A stretch of 34,749 nt of DNA, taken from positions 1 to 34,749 of the IMG/VR virus record IMGVR_UViG_3300008255_000288; one strand, given 5' to 3'. The notes below the pieces were generated by a model. It was not told the DNA's origin. It saw only the letters and a program-made list of their open reading frames with translations, and did not search any database. A program made the position numbers and the translations under genes. Positions 27,009 through 34,749 of the stretch are shown here, piece after piece; within the stretch, counting starts at the first letter, position 1, and every line of letters starts with the position of its first letter. The stretch comes from a virus (taxonomy: Duplodnaviria > Caudoviricetes).

Positions 27009-28490
27009 TTAACGGTTTGAAACCGGTTTCGGCAACGGAGCAGGATTCTCATAATTTCTACCAACCCAAGGCTCGTGTGTTGGGGTCCGTTTTGTAATCG
27101 TTTCAACTGTGCGATCTTGAACCTGAGAATTGGTTTTATTTGATCCAAACGTAGGAGCAGAAACCCTTTCTTTAATATTCGATTCGATCACATCCGGAAG
27201 TGTCGCGGAATCAGCCGAAGATGCTGTTGAGGCCGCTGGTCCGTTGAAGTGAATATTCGATCCAACCATCACAATATCATCTCCAGCAAGCATGCTTGTT
27301 TGAGAAGAAGATTGTAAATTCAAGACATTGCCCGATTTGAAATGCATACCTGATCCTGATTCAAGAACAACAATAGCATCTGATGATTGATGGAAATTCC
27401 CTACCACTTCAATCGTCATTTTACCATCAACTTTCCAATCAGAATCATTAACTGAATATAGTTTGATATTTCCTTGTCCATCAGTATGATCGCCGGCGGC
27501 CTTGAAATTGATGTTTCTACCAGATTCAATATTCACGTCACGATCTGCTCGAATATTAAAATCGATCTCGGCCCGTAAATTCAATGACCCAGAACCATAA
27601 ACGTCAATATTTCCATCGTTATTCAATTCTAACCAAGAATTACCATCTCTTGTAATGAAATAGATATGCCCGTAGGTTTCACTCAATAAGATTTGGGTTC
27701 CTGATCGTGTTCGAAATCGGACTAATTCATTGTGCCTTTCGCCGGTTGTTGACGAATTACGATTGGCCGGATTTAATCCGGGTTGACGAAAATCCTTTTT
27801 CCCGGATACCGATTTTCGATCTTGCTCATACAGCCATGATTTGAATTGATCTGGTAATTCATCAAATGTCCAACCATCATCAAAAACCACTCCATTGCCT
27901 CGAGCCGTAAGAATTCCGTGAACGCGGGACGGGGCCTCTCTTCTAGCAGACGACGAAGTCTGGCCGCGCACCAAATCAGTGAGCAACCCCTGGTTAATCA
28001 GACCATTTGTCAATGGATCATGAACAGGACGTGTTGCAGATTCGCTCGTTAATGCACGGTTGTATTCGCTTGCCGGCAGATCTCCTTCGGACGACGCATA
28101 TGTTTTTTCAGATGGGATTCCAGGAACCATATTGTTCACAAACGATTCCGGAACCGATGCGAACCAAAAAGCATCGTTATTATTCACGAAACATACTAGA
28201 ACATAATTTCCTAGATCAGGAGGAACAAACCACATTCCATATGATTTCTTGGTGTGCTCAAATGTATTTTCACTAGCCTTGTTATCTGGAGTGGTTCCCC
28301 AGAACGGAGGAGCATAACGGACTGTGATCCATTTTTCAAAATCTTCTTCATCATATTGTGATTCTTTCAGCCAGACACGAAGTCGGCCGTTTCTATCAGG
28401 ATCACGATTATCTTTGATTTTGGCAGTATAGATCCTACCAATGTCAAAATGCATTTTTTGGTTTTCGACATTCTGTACTCTTGGATTCAT
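27009..28490 (-). CDS. Central spike protein, gp5/VgrG-like (OB-fold plus beta-helix), no lysozyme domain seen
   Basis: DNRDPDRNGRLRVW, SYGMWFVPPDLGNYVLVCF OB-fold; glycine-spaced beta-strand repeats ending IHFNGP; RTPTHEPW. Confidence 0.85.
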   Translation of the reverse strand: MNPRVQNVENQKMHFDIGRIYTAKIKDNRDPDRNGRLRVWLKESQYDEEDFEKWITVRYAPPFWGTTPDNKASENTFEHTKKSYGMWFVPPDLGNYVLVCFVNNNDAFWFASVPESFVNNMVPGIPSEKTYASSEGDLPASEYNRALTSESATRPVHDPLTNGLINQGLLTDLVRGQTSSSARREAPSRVHGILTARGNGVVFDDGWTFDELPDQFKSWLYEQDRKSVSGKKDFRQPGLNPANRNSSTTGERHNELVRFRTRSGTQILLSETYGHIYFITRDGNSWLELNNDGNIDVYGSGSLNLRAEIDFNIRADRDVNIESGRNINFKAAGDHTDGQGNIKLYSVNDSDWKVDGKMTIEVVGNFHQSSDAIVVLESGSGMHFKSGNVLNLQSSSQTSMLAGDDIVMVGSNIHFNGPAASTASSADSATLPDVIESNIKERVSAPTFGSNKTNSQVQDRTVETITKRTPTHEPWVGRNYENPAPLPKPVSNR

Positions 28491-30571
28491 TACTTCACCG
28501 CTACGTTCATATTCTTATAGGCCTTGATTGTCTGTGTAAATCTACCATCCTCAAAACGATGAGTAGCCTGAACCACTGAATAGACGCCTCGAATTACCGT
28601 TGAAGTTCCCATATCTGCTAAACCGGTATCGTCGTTTATTCTGACAGGAGTTCGATATTCAAAATAGAAACAGTTTTCGCCGTCATTGAATCTTGCATTA
28701 TTGGTAGCCAGCGTTGAATCGGTCTCTTTGATTTTCTTGAGATCGTTTGCGGTTGGTCCTAACCAAAAAGGATCACCTTTAATTTCTAAATTCAACGTAA
28801 CGAGTGCACCGCCTTTATCATATGCCTGCTCTAACACGGTAACACGTTTATGAACCCCGATGTCGGGTTGAGTGGCGTTGATGGTATACCGTTCGAATGG
28901 CGGGTCCGTGCGAAGTTCTAATCTAGGTTTGATTTCTAAGGCAGAATATACGTCTTGATCTGCTGTGGCCGCAGCATTTTCTAAAAGGAGTCGGCCGGAA
29001 GCTAAATTCAAATCATTTGGCGTTCGAATTGTGGTTCCTAATGATCTTTCTTGATTTGAGATTGTCTTTTCTAACAATTTTTGATTTTTGGTAACAATTC
29101 TGTCTTTCTCTACCTGAGCTTCATTATCAACCACATTGTTTTGATCTTGATCAACTATCTGATTACGAACTGCATACAATTGAACAATATTCAATCCTTC
29201 AAGATCTTTTTCCTTTAGCTCCACTGCTGTCAAATCAGGAAGAACTCGAGATCGTTTTTCGTCTGATCTATAAGAAAGCATGGACGGGCTAAGACTCATT
29301 GAAACGGCCCACAACGCATTCAAATCAACATCAGCACTCAGCACCTGCGTATTCTTACCTGAAAAGAGGTAATCGTAACGCTTGCGCAAAAGACCGAGTT
29401 GTTTGATAATTTCTACGGTATCAATTGATCTCTTCTTTTTGGTGGCCTCATCAGGTTTTTCTCCAGTTTGAATTCGAGTTACCATGAACGGTTTTATCAC
29501 AAATTCAATACTCTTACCAAACTCTTGTGTATCGGGAAGAAAATTCCCGTAATAGGTATACGACATGATCCTTGGCAACGTCTGAATCTCAAACGCCTCG
29601 TCTTTTGTTTTCGTTCCCGGCTTGGTTCCATCTGAAAAGTCTTCTAAGTTGGCATACATCGCGTCAATAATTCTAGATATCGTCCAACCTTTTTCTAATT
29701 TGATTGTAAGTGAACCATCTTTTTCAACGACCGATTCGTTTTTCTTACCTTTCCTAAACCGGAGATCCTGGAAAGCCTTGTTGCCAATCTTTGCCCCAGT
29801 CTCAAGCCGGACTCTGAAAAAATCCTTTCCTTCTGGCAATAAACCTAATCGACTGACGTAGCCTTTGAATTTCTTTTCTGACTTGTTCAACGAGTCTTCG
29901 AGTTTCATTAGAAAATCTTGAACCGTTTCGACGTTTGACAGGGTGATTTGTTCACGCAGAGTGAACGTCTCCTCTTTGTGTGCGACATCAGTCATTGGGA
30001 TCATTGTGATGGAATACATAGTTCCGGAAATATCGGTAGTTGGTTTGATATCAATCAACTTGACGTACCAAATAAATTCATTATCACGTGAATAGACATC
30101 GCCATTTTCTAAATAACCTTTGAATCCCAAACTCAGAAACATTGGAGTTTCATATATGCTGGGTGCGCCAACCAAAGCGGCGGCCTCAATCAATTTATCG
30201 AATAAAGTAAGACCAAAATTCTCTTTGAGTTGCATATTAATATTGATGGCTGAAATATTGCGACTTCTGAAGTTGGCACCGATCACTGAGTCGATCTCGA
30301 TTGAATTGATAGAATAGCGCGAGGTCACCCCGGATTCAGCTACGGTAACTTGGTTGGTTTGGATTTCTTTCTTGTCAAAAGTTTTCTGATATTTTTGGAT
30401 ACTTTCAACCGGTACCATGAACCATTTCCAATGGTAAGTAATAGCGTCGACGCCGTTGCCATTTCCAATATCCAAAGCATTTTCTAAGAATGTGAAGTCA
30501 TTCAAATCAAATGTTTTCTTGGTATTTTGCGGCTTGTCAGTATCGCTGCTTTTGATATTAGCAGATGTCAT
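28490..30571 (-). CDS. Putative baseplate hub protein (gp27-like, 693 aa)
   Basis: Between gp53-like and gp5-like genes; KRYDYLFSGKNT.VL, LEIKGDPFWL and GVYSVVQATHRFEDGRFTQTI (hub C-terminus). Confidence 0.7.
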   Translation of the reverse strand: MTSANIKSSDTDKPQNTKKTFDLNDFTFLENALDIGNGNGVDAITYHWKWFMVPVESIQKYQKTFDKKEIQTNQVTVAESGVTSRYSINSIEIDSVIGANFRSRNISAININMQLKENFGLTLFDKLIEAAALVGAPSIYETPMFLSLGFKGYLENGDVYSRDNEFIWYVKLIDIKPTTDISGTMYSITMIPMTDVAHKEETFTLREQITLSNVETVQDFLMKLEDSLNKSEKKFKGYVSRLGLLPEGKDFFRVRLETGAKIGNKAFQDLRFRKGKKNESVVEKDGSLTIKLEKGWTISRIIDAMYANLEDFSDGTKPGTKTKDEAFEIQTLPRIMSYTYYGNFLPDTQEFGKSIEFVIKPFMVTRIQTGEKPDEATKKKRSIDTVEIIKQLGLLRKRYDYLFSGKNTQVLSADVDLNALWAVSMSLSPSMLSYRSDEKRSRVLPDLTAVELKEKDLEGLNIVQLYAVRNQIVDQDQNNVVDNEAQVEKDRIVTKNQKLLEKTISNQERSLGTTIRTPNDLNLASGRLLLENAAATADQDVYSALEIKPRLELRTDPPFERYTINATQPDIGVHKRVTVLEQAYDKGGALVTLNLEIKGDPFWLGPTANDLKKIKETDSTLATNNARFNDGENCFYFEYRTPVRINDDTGLADMGTSTVIRGVYSVVQATHRFEDGRFTQTIKAYKNMNVAVK

Positions 30572-30870
30572 TATTGTCCTACCAGTTCTAGGATACGTTC
30601 ACGAGTCGGTACAGAAATAGTCATGCCGGCACGTAAACTGTAAATCGGATCGGTCATAAGGTCACGGTTCATCGCGATGAACACCCATGCCAAGTCTCTA
30701 GTCCCAAACAAATCAAATGCCAAAAGGCCCGGGCGTTCATGATATTTAGTACCGACCTCGAGCATGTAGTCTGTATCGGCCGGTAAAATCTCCCTGTGAA
30801 CATAGTGCCCAATAAATCTTGGACCAATGGATGTTTCAAAATATGGTGATTTGCGATTAAATTTAACCAT
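30571..30870 (-). CDS. Baseplate wedge protein gp53 / LysM (tail X)-like
   Basis: YHERPGLLAFDLFGTRDLAWVFIAMN....DPI..L.AGM.I.VP. Confidence 0.85.
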   Translation of the reverse strand: MVKFNRKSPYFETSIGPRFIGHYVHREILPADTDYMLEVGTKYHERPGLLAFDLFGTRDLAWVFIAMNRDLMTDPIYSLRAGMTISVPTRERILELVGQ

Positions 30871-31547
30871 TATACCCAGCCCGGATCGTCACGCAAGAGG
30901 CCGCCTTGCTTGAAATCCTTTAAGTTGAAATTATTGGTTAGACGCCGTGGTGAATTCTGAACAGTCAATGTGACCGCAATTAAGACTTCAGACGGAACCC
31001 AAGTATCATATTCAGTGTTTTCATAAACCACATCGGAACTTCGTTGAAGGGTTCCGGTTTCAAAGTCTGCTGCATCAGGCACTTTCACATAATCCTTGTC
31101 GTTCGGTAAGTCGAATGTGAAGTTGGATAGAATAACAGGAATATCGTTGAACATGAATTCACCGTATGCACTGAACAAAAGAATTGGCGGCGGCGTACCC
31201 GGATCTTCAGCCTGCGTTCCAAAATCCATCTTGGTAACTGATTTCAAAAAATGCATACACGCCAACAAATACCGAGCCTCAGTTGCGGTCTGTGCAGTGA
31301 AGAAACCAGAACAAACAATTTGCGGCGCACGAGTTCTCGAATACGTCAAGAATTCTTGGTTAGAGTGAACAGGATCATATGTCGAATAATCAACCGATTG
31401 CATCATATTGATTGTTGGAGTATAAGGCCAAACCATACCGTCGGTCACTCTCAGGATAGAGAGAAGACCGCCTCCTCCATCATCTCCATACACATAATCT
31501 TCCGCATCTGGTTTTGGTCGTAACCGTGCTCGTCTGTCAATTGCCAT
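30870..31547 (-). CDS. Baseplate tail-tube initiator (gp48/gp54-like)
   Basis: GMVWPYTPTI, PVHSN, HFLKSVTKMDFG, GTPPPILLFSAYGEFMFNDIPVIL and LPNDKDY. Start moved from 31583 to ATG 31547 (GGAG RBS). Confidence 0.75.
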   Translation of the reverse strand: MAIDRRARLRPKPDAEDYVYGDDGGGGLLSILRVTDGMVWPYTPTINMMQSVDYSTYDPVHSNQEFLTYSRTRAPQIVCSGFFTAQTATEARYLLACMHFLKSVTKMDFGTQAEDPGTPPPILLFSAYGEFMFNDIPVILSNFTFDLPNDKDYVKVPDAADFETGTLQRSSDVVYENTEYDTWVPSEVLIAVTLTVQNSPRRLTNNFNLKDFKQGGLLRDDPGWV

Positions 31548-31573
31548 TGAATACTCCATAAATATGTTTGTGA

Positions 31574-31579
31574 TATTTA
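31574..31579 (-). promoter_or_regulatory. Late promoter core TAAATA heading the baseplate operon
   Basis: ggTAAATAtc about 26 nt upstream of ATG 31547. Confidence 0.7.
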
Positions 31580-31617
31580 CCATATCTGATATGGATTTTT
31601 CATGAGCCTAAATCTAT

Positions 31618-31647
31618 TTGATTTAAACCCCTACCCGACTGTATCTT
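31618..31647 (+). promoter_or_regulatory. Possible sigma70-like promoter for the gp55-like gene
   Basis: TTGATT, 18 nt spacer, TATCTT; followed by GGAG RBS and ATG 31667. Confidence 0.4.
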
Positions 31648-31666
31648 AAAAAGAAACGGAGACTAA

Positions 31667-32476
31667 ATGGCCCAACGACAAGCCTACTTGAATAACCGTG
31701 ATCTTCTAAAAGAGATTCACAAATCCAAAAAATCCTACTGCGCATTCTTAGATGATGATTATTTTGAATACGATTTCATCGTGGATGATATCGAGCGTAT
31801 GAATGCGTCTAGAATTAAAGAAGCCAAGGAAGCGAGAGCTGAACGCCTCACGCAAATTGCATTGCAGGAAATGATCGCTCGAGAAGGGATTAGTGTCAAA
31901 GCCGCAAACAAACGTGCCGATGAAGTTCGTTTTGATCCAAAGAAAGTTCACATCGAGGATCTTGTGGTTCGAGAGATGACACATGAACACATTCCTCAAG
32001 AAGAGAACAAGTCTGGAAAATTAGTCTATCCAAAATTGAAATTCCCACCCTTCAAACATTTTGTTTTCCGTAATGATAACTGGACAGAAGTTTTGAGATC
32101 ACATTGGGAAGGTGGATTCGAGAATGGAGAATTTTGCCAAGATCAAGGGGTGATTACCGAAAAACTTGCAAAAATGATCATGATGTTGGTAGAACGAATT
32201 TCGCACAAAGGGAATTACCGAGGGTATAGCTACATTGAGGATATGAAGAGCTCAGCTCTAGTTCATCTTGCTGATGTCGCTTTAAAATTCGATGAGTCAA
32301 AGGGAGATAACCCCTTTGCATTCTACACCACCATAATAAATCATTCTTTCAAAGGATTACTAAATAATGAAAAGAAACACCGAACTATTCGTGATGATTT
32401 GATGATGGCTGAAGGATATGCTCCTTCCCATAATACTATGGTAGAACACGATATGAAAAATTACACCAACAAATAA
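31667..32476 (+). CDS. gp55: Late-transcription sigma factor (T4 gp55-like)
   Basis: YLNNRDLLKEI, then LAKMIMMLVERIS.KGNYRGYSYIEDM...AL and KFDESKGDNPFAFYTTII.HSF...LN.EKK; syntenic with gp47. Confidence 0.9.
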   Translation: MAQRQAYLNNRDLLKEIHKSKKSYCAFLDDDYFEYDFIVDDIERMNASRIKEAKEARAERLTQIALQEMIAREGISVKAANKRADEVRFDPKKVHIEDLVVREMTHEHIPQEENKSGKLVYPKLKFPPFKHFVFRNDNWTEVLRSHWEGGFENGEFCQDQGVITEKLAKMIMMLVERISHKGNYRGYSYIEDMKSSALVHLADVALKFDESKGDNPFAFYTTIINHSFKGLLNNEKKHRTIRDDLMMAEGYAPSHNTMVEHDMKNYTNK

Positions 32477-32489
32477 GGCAAAAATCATA

Positions 32490-34049
32490 ATGGAATCACA
32501 TGAAGAATGCAAAAAATCATGTGAATACGGCTGCGGCCTGCCAGCAAAACATTATATTCTCACTAATTGGAATTCTAAAAACAAAAAATGGTGTTGCTCT
32601 ACCCATCATACAAAATGTCCAGAAACACAGGCTAAAAAAAGACGTTCAAATTTAAAAAAGTATGGAGTTGAATATCCATCGAGTCTCGAGTGTACTAAGG
32701 AAAAAAGAAAACAAACCAATATCAAAAAATTTGGAACTGAACATGCATCACAAAATCAATCAATAAAAGAAAAAACAAAAAGAACAAATATCGAGAAATA
32801 CGGCGGGACTGCTCCGGTAAGTTCAAATTTAGTTCAAGCTAAAATGCAGAAAACAACCTTAGAACGCCACGGAGTAACACACCCACTCAAATCTGAAAAA
32901 ATAAAGCAGAAAGTTAGAAACACCAATATCAAAAAATACGGAACACCGCACCCTAACCAATCATTAGATATTCAGGAAAAACGCTCAAAAACTCGATTTG
33001 AAAATTATTTTGACAACATTCAGTCTAGAGTCGATTTGTTAGTAACTCCGTTGTTCAAAAAATCCGAATATAAAGGTATATCTGCTAAATATCTGTGGAA
33101 ATGCACCCAATGTGAGCATGAGTTCAGGTCTTCTTTAGATAATGGGATAATTCCAAGATGTAAAATTTGCTTCCCTAACATGCGAGGTGAATCTCATGCA
33201 GAAAAAGAAATAAATGATTTCATTGAAAGTATGGGAATCCGCACTCTCACCAAAGTTAGAAATCTTATACCTCCGCTGGAACTTGATATTTGGATCCCTG
33301 AAAAGCAAATAGCAGTTGAATATCATGGATTGTATTGGCATTCTGAAGAGCACAAAAGCTATAGATATCATCAAGAAAAATATAAAAAATGCAATGATAA
33401 AAATATTCGACTTATTCAAGTTTTTGAAGATGAGTGGTCGGACAAAAAAGAAATTGTAAAAAACAGAATTCGATATTCACTCGGATTCAGTGAAAAGATT
33501 TGCGGTGCACGTGAATGTCAAATTAAAGAAATTTCAGCCGCGCAATCCCGTGCTTTTTTAGAGACCAACCACCTTCAAGGTTCGGTAAACGCGCGTGTCA
33601 AATTGGGAGCTTTTTTTCAAGAGCAATTAGTTGCTGTTATGACTTTTGGTTCGTTACGGAAGTCACTCGGGTCAACCTCTAAATCAAATGTTTTTGAATT
33701 ACTAAGATTTGCGACCACCGGGGCTATTCCCGGAATTGCTTCTAGGTTATTTTCTTATTTCAAAAGCAATTATCAACCACTTGAAGTGATTTCATATTGC
33801 GATCTCAGGTGGGGGATTGGAAAAGTTTATGAACAAATGGGTTTTATTCTATCACATGAAACTAAACCAAACTATTTCTATATTATCGAGGGTAGACGAG
33901 AATTCCGATTTAAATTTCGTAAATCATTTTTGGTAAAAGAGGGTTATGATAATAATCTAACTGAGAAAGAAATCATGCACCGACGAGGTATTTTTAGAAT
34001 ACATGACGCCGGTAATCTGGTGTTCAAATGGAAACTTGGAGCTAAATGA
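32490..34049 (+). mobile_element. Second Hef-like homing endonuclease (519 aa), paralog of 8098..9939
   Basis: CEYGCG..WCC N-terminus, five KYG repeats, CTQC..CKIC Zn ribbon, ESHAEKE..PLELDIWIPEKQIAVEYHGLYWH nuclease and a Mom-like C-terminus. AT-rich; inserted between gp55 and gp47. Confidence 0.82.
32655..32999 (+). repeat. Five tandem protein repeats with an exact 23-aa period
   Basis: KKYGVEYPSSLECTKEKRKQTNI / KKFGTEHASQNQSIKEKTKRTNI / EKYGGTAPVSSNLVQAKMQKTTL / ERHGVTHPLKSEKIKQKVRNTNI / KKYGTPHPNQSLDIQEKRSKTRF. Confidence 0.9.
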
Positions 34050-34749
34050 CTGAAACAAATCTTTTTGATAAATGCGTCGCATTTACCGACATGCACCTTG
34101 GGTTACGAAACAATTCACGCGAACACAATAACGATTGCCAGCAATTTACTGAATGGGTAATTTCCGAAGCAAAGAAACGAGGAATCAAAACCTGCATCTT
34201 CCTTGGTGATTTCCACCATGTGAGATCATCAATCAACATTTCTACGCTTTGCTACTCGACTTTTTTGCTCCGAATGCTATCGGATAATTTCGATCATGTC
34301 TATTTTATTGTGGGAAACCACGATATGTTCTACAAAGACAAGCGTGAAATCAATTCAATCGATTATGCAAAGGATATTCCAAACGTTCACTTGATTAATG
34401 AACCAGTTTGCTTAGGTGGAGTTGGTTTGGTCCCGTGGGTTGTGAAAGAAGAATGGGAAGAAATTTGCAATATGCCAGCCAAATATTTGTTCGGTCATTT
34501 TGAGTTTCCGTCATTCCTATTGAATAGTCGAATGTTGATGCCAGATCATGGACAGTTTCCTATCAAAGATTTGAGTCACTTTGATCTCGTTTTTTCAGGA
34601 CACTTTCACAAACGACAGAGAAAACAAAACATTCAATACATTGGAAATTGCTTTCCTCATAATTTCTCTGATGTGAACGAAGAAAAGGATCGAGGGGCAA
34701 TGTTCTTTGAATGGGGTGGAAAACCTGAATTCATGTTTTGGCCTGGAAC
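34046..34749 (+). CDS. gp47: Recombination endonuclease subunit (T4 gp47 / Mre11 / SbcD-like), truncated by the window end
   Basis: Translated by hand: MTETNLFDKCVAFTDMHLG...FLGDFHH...IVGNHD...FGHFE...FSGHFH metallophosphoesterase motifs. ATGA overlap with the upstream stop; no stop before the window end. Confidence 0.93.
   Translation, partial: MTETNLFDKCVAFTDMHLGLRNNSREHNNDCQQFTEWVISEAKKRGIKTCIFLGDFHHVRSSINISTLCYSTFLLRMLSDNFDHVYFIVGNHDMFYKDKREINSIDYAKDIPNVHLINEPVCLGGVGLVPWVVKEEWEEICNMPAKYLFGHFEFPSFLLNSRMLMPDHGQFPIKDLSHFDLVFSGHFHKRQRKQNIQYIGNCFPHNFSDVNEEKDRGAMFFEWGGKPEFMFWPG

Noticed and set aside
10674-31523. Many 60-160 aa ORFs antisense to or out of frame within the large structural genes
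   Set aside because: They are shadow ORFs fully overlapping well-supported genes, with no recognisable motifs.
23206-31547. Bacterial T6SS, eCIS or tailocin locus
   Set aside because: Neck protein, gp55-like sigma, gp47, homing endonucleases and T4-like late promoters indicate a lytic phage genome.
399-31583. ORF-track starts at 399, 5904, 9951, 10594, 26984 and 31583
   Set aside because: They lie upstream of or within the promoter/RBS signals. Downstream ATGs at 426, 5877, 9939, 10549, 26972 and 31547 have better-placed Shine-Dalgarno sequences.
32477-32489. RBS-occluding hairpin before the second Hef-like gene
   Set aside because: No comparable inverted repeat is visible; there is only a weak AAGG.
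34042-34239. 65-aa minus-strand ORF in the track
   Set aside because: It is antisense to the clear gp47-like frame starting at 34046.
1-34749. Genome-wide stop-codon reassignment (code 15 or 4)
   Set aside because: Multi-kb ORFs are intact in the standard code, and TAG (43, 6837) and TGA (4614, 5894, 26586, 34047) appear as plausible true stops.
1-34749. CRISPR array, DGR (TR/VR plus reverse transcriptase), intein or group I intron
   Set aside because: By eye there are no regularly spaced nucleotide repeats, no RT motifs, no intein splice motifs and no intron-sized interruptions. The repeats found are at the protein level.

Overview
This is a fragment of a large contractile-tailed phage genome, distantly T4-like. 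The gene order and motifs resemble RaK2/GAP32/Atu_ph07-type jumbo myoviruses, though that assignment is an inference. The + strand block 426-4125 encodes neck (gp14-like), tail-terminator (gp15-like) and small virion proteins. It is followed by a minus-strand island of small genes with host sigma70-like promoters (4130-6292) and a Nudix hydrolase. A long minus-strand baseplate operon (7037-31547) encodes gp48/54-like, gp53/LysM-like, hub, gp5/VgrG-like, gp25 and gp6 proteins, 2779 aa and 1330 aa giant structural proteins, and fibre-like proteins. The window ends with a gp55-like late sigma factor and a truncated gp47 (Mre11/SbcD) gene that is missing from the ORF track. The most notable observations are: (1) two paralogous Hef-like mobile genes combining 23-aa KYG tandem repeats, a Vsr-like nuclease and a Mom-like GNAT domain; (2) a 15-bp RNA hairpin burying the RBS and AUG of one of them; (3) a TAAATA late-promoter core before nine genes, four times back-to-back with sigma70-like promoters; (4) an apparent fission of a giant baseplate gene; and (5) a small gene carrying several frameshifts. 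All protein assignments come from motif recognition and synteny. No database search was run.
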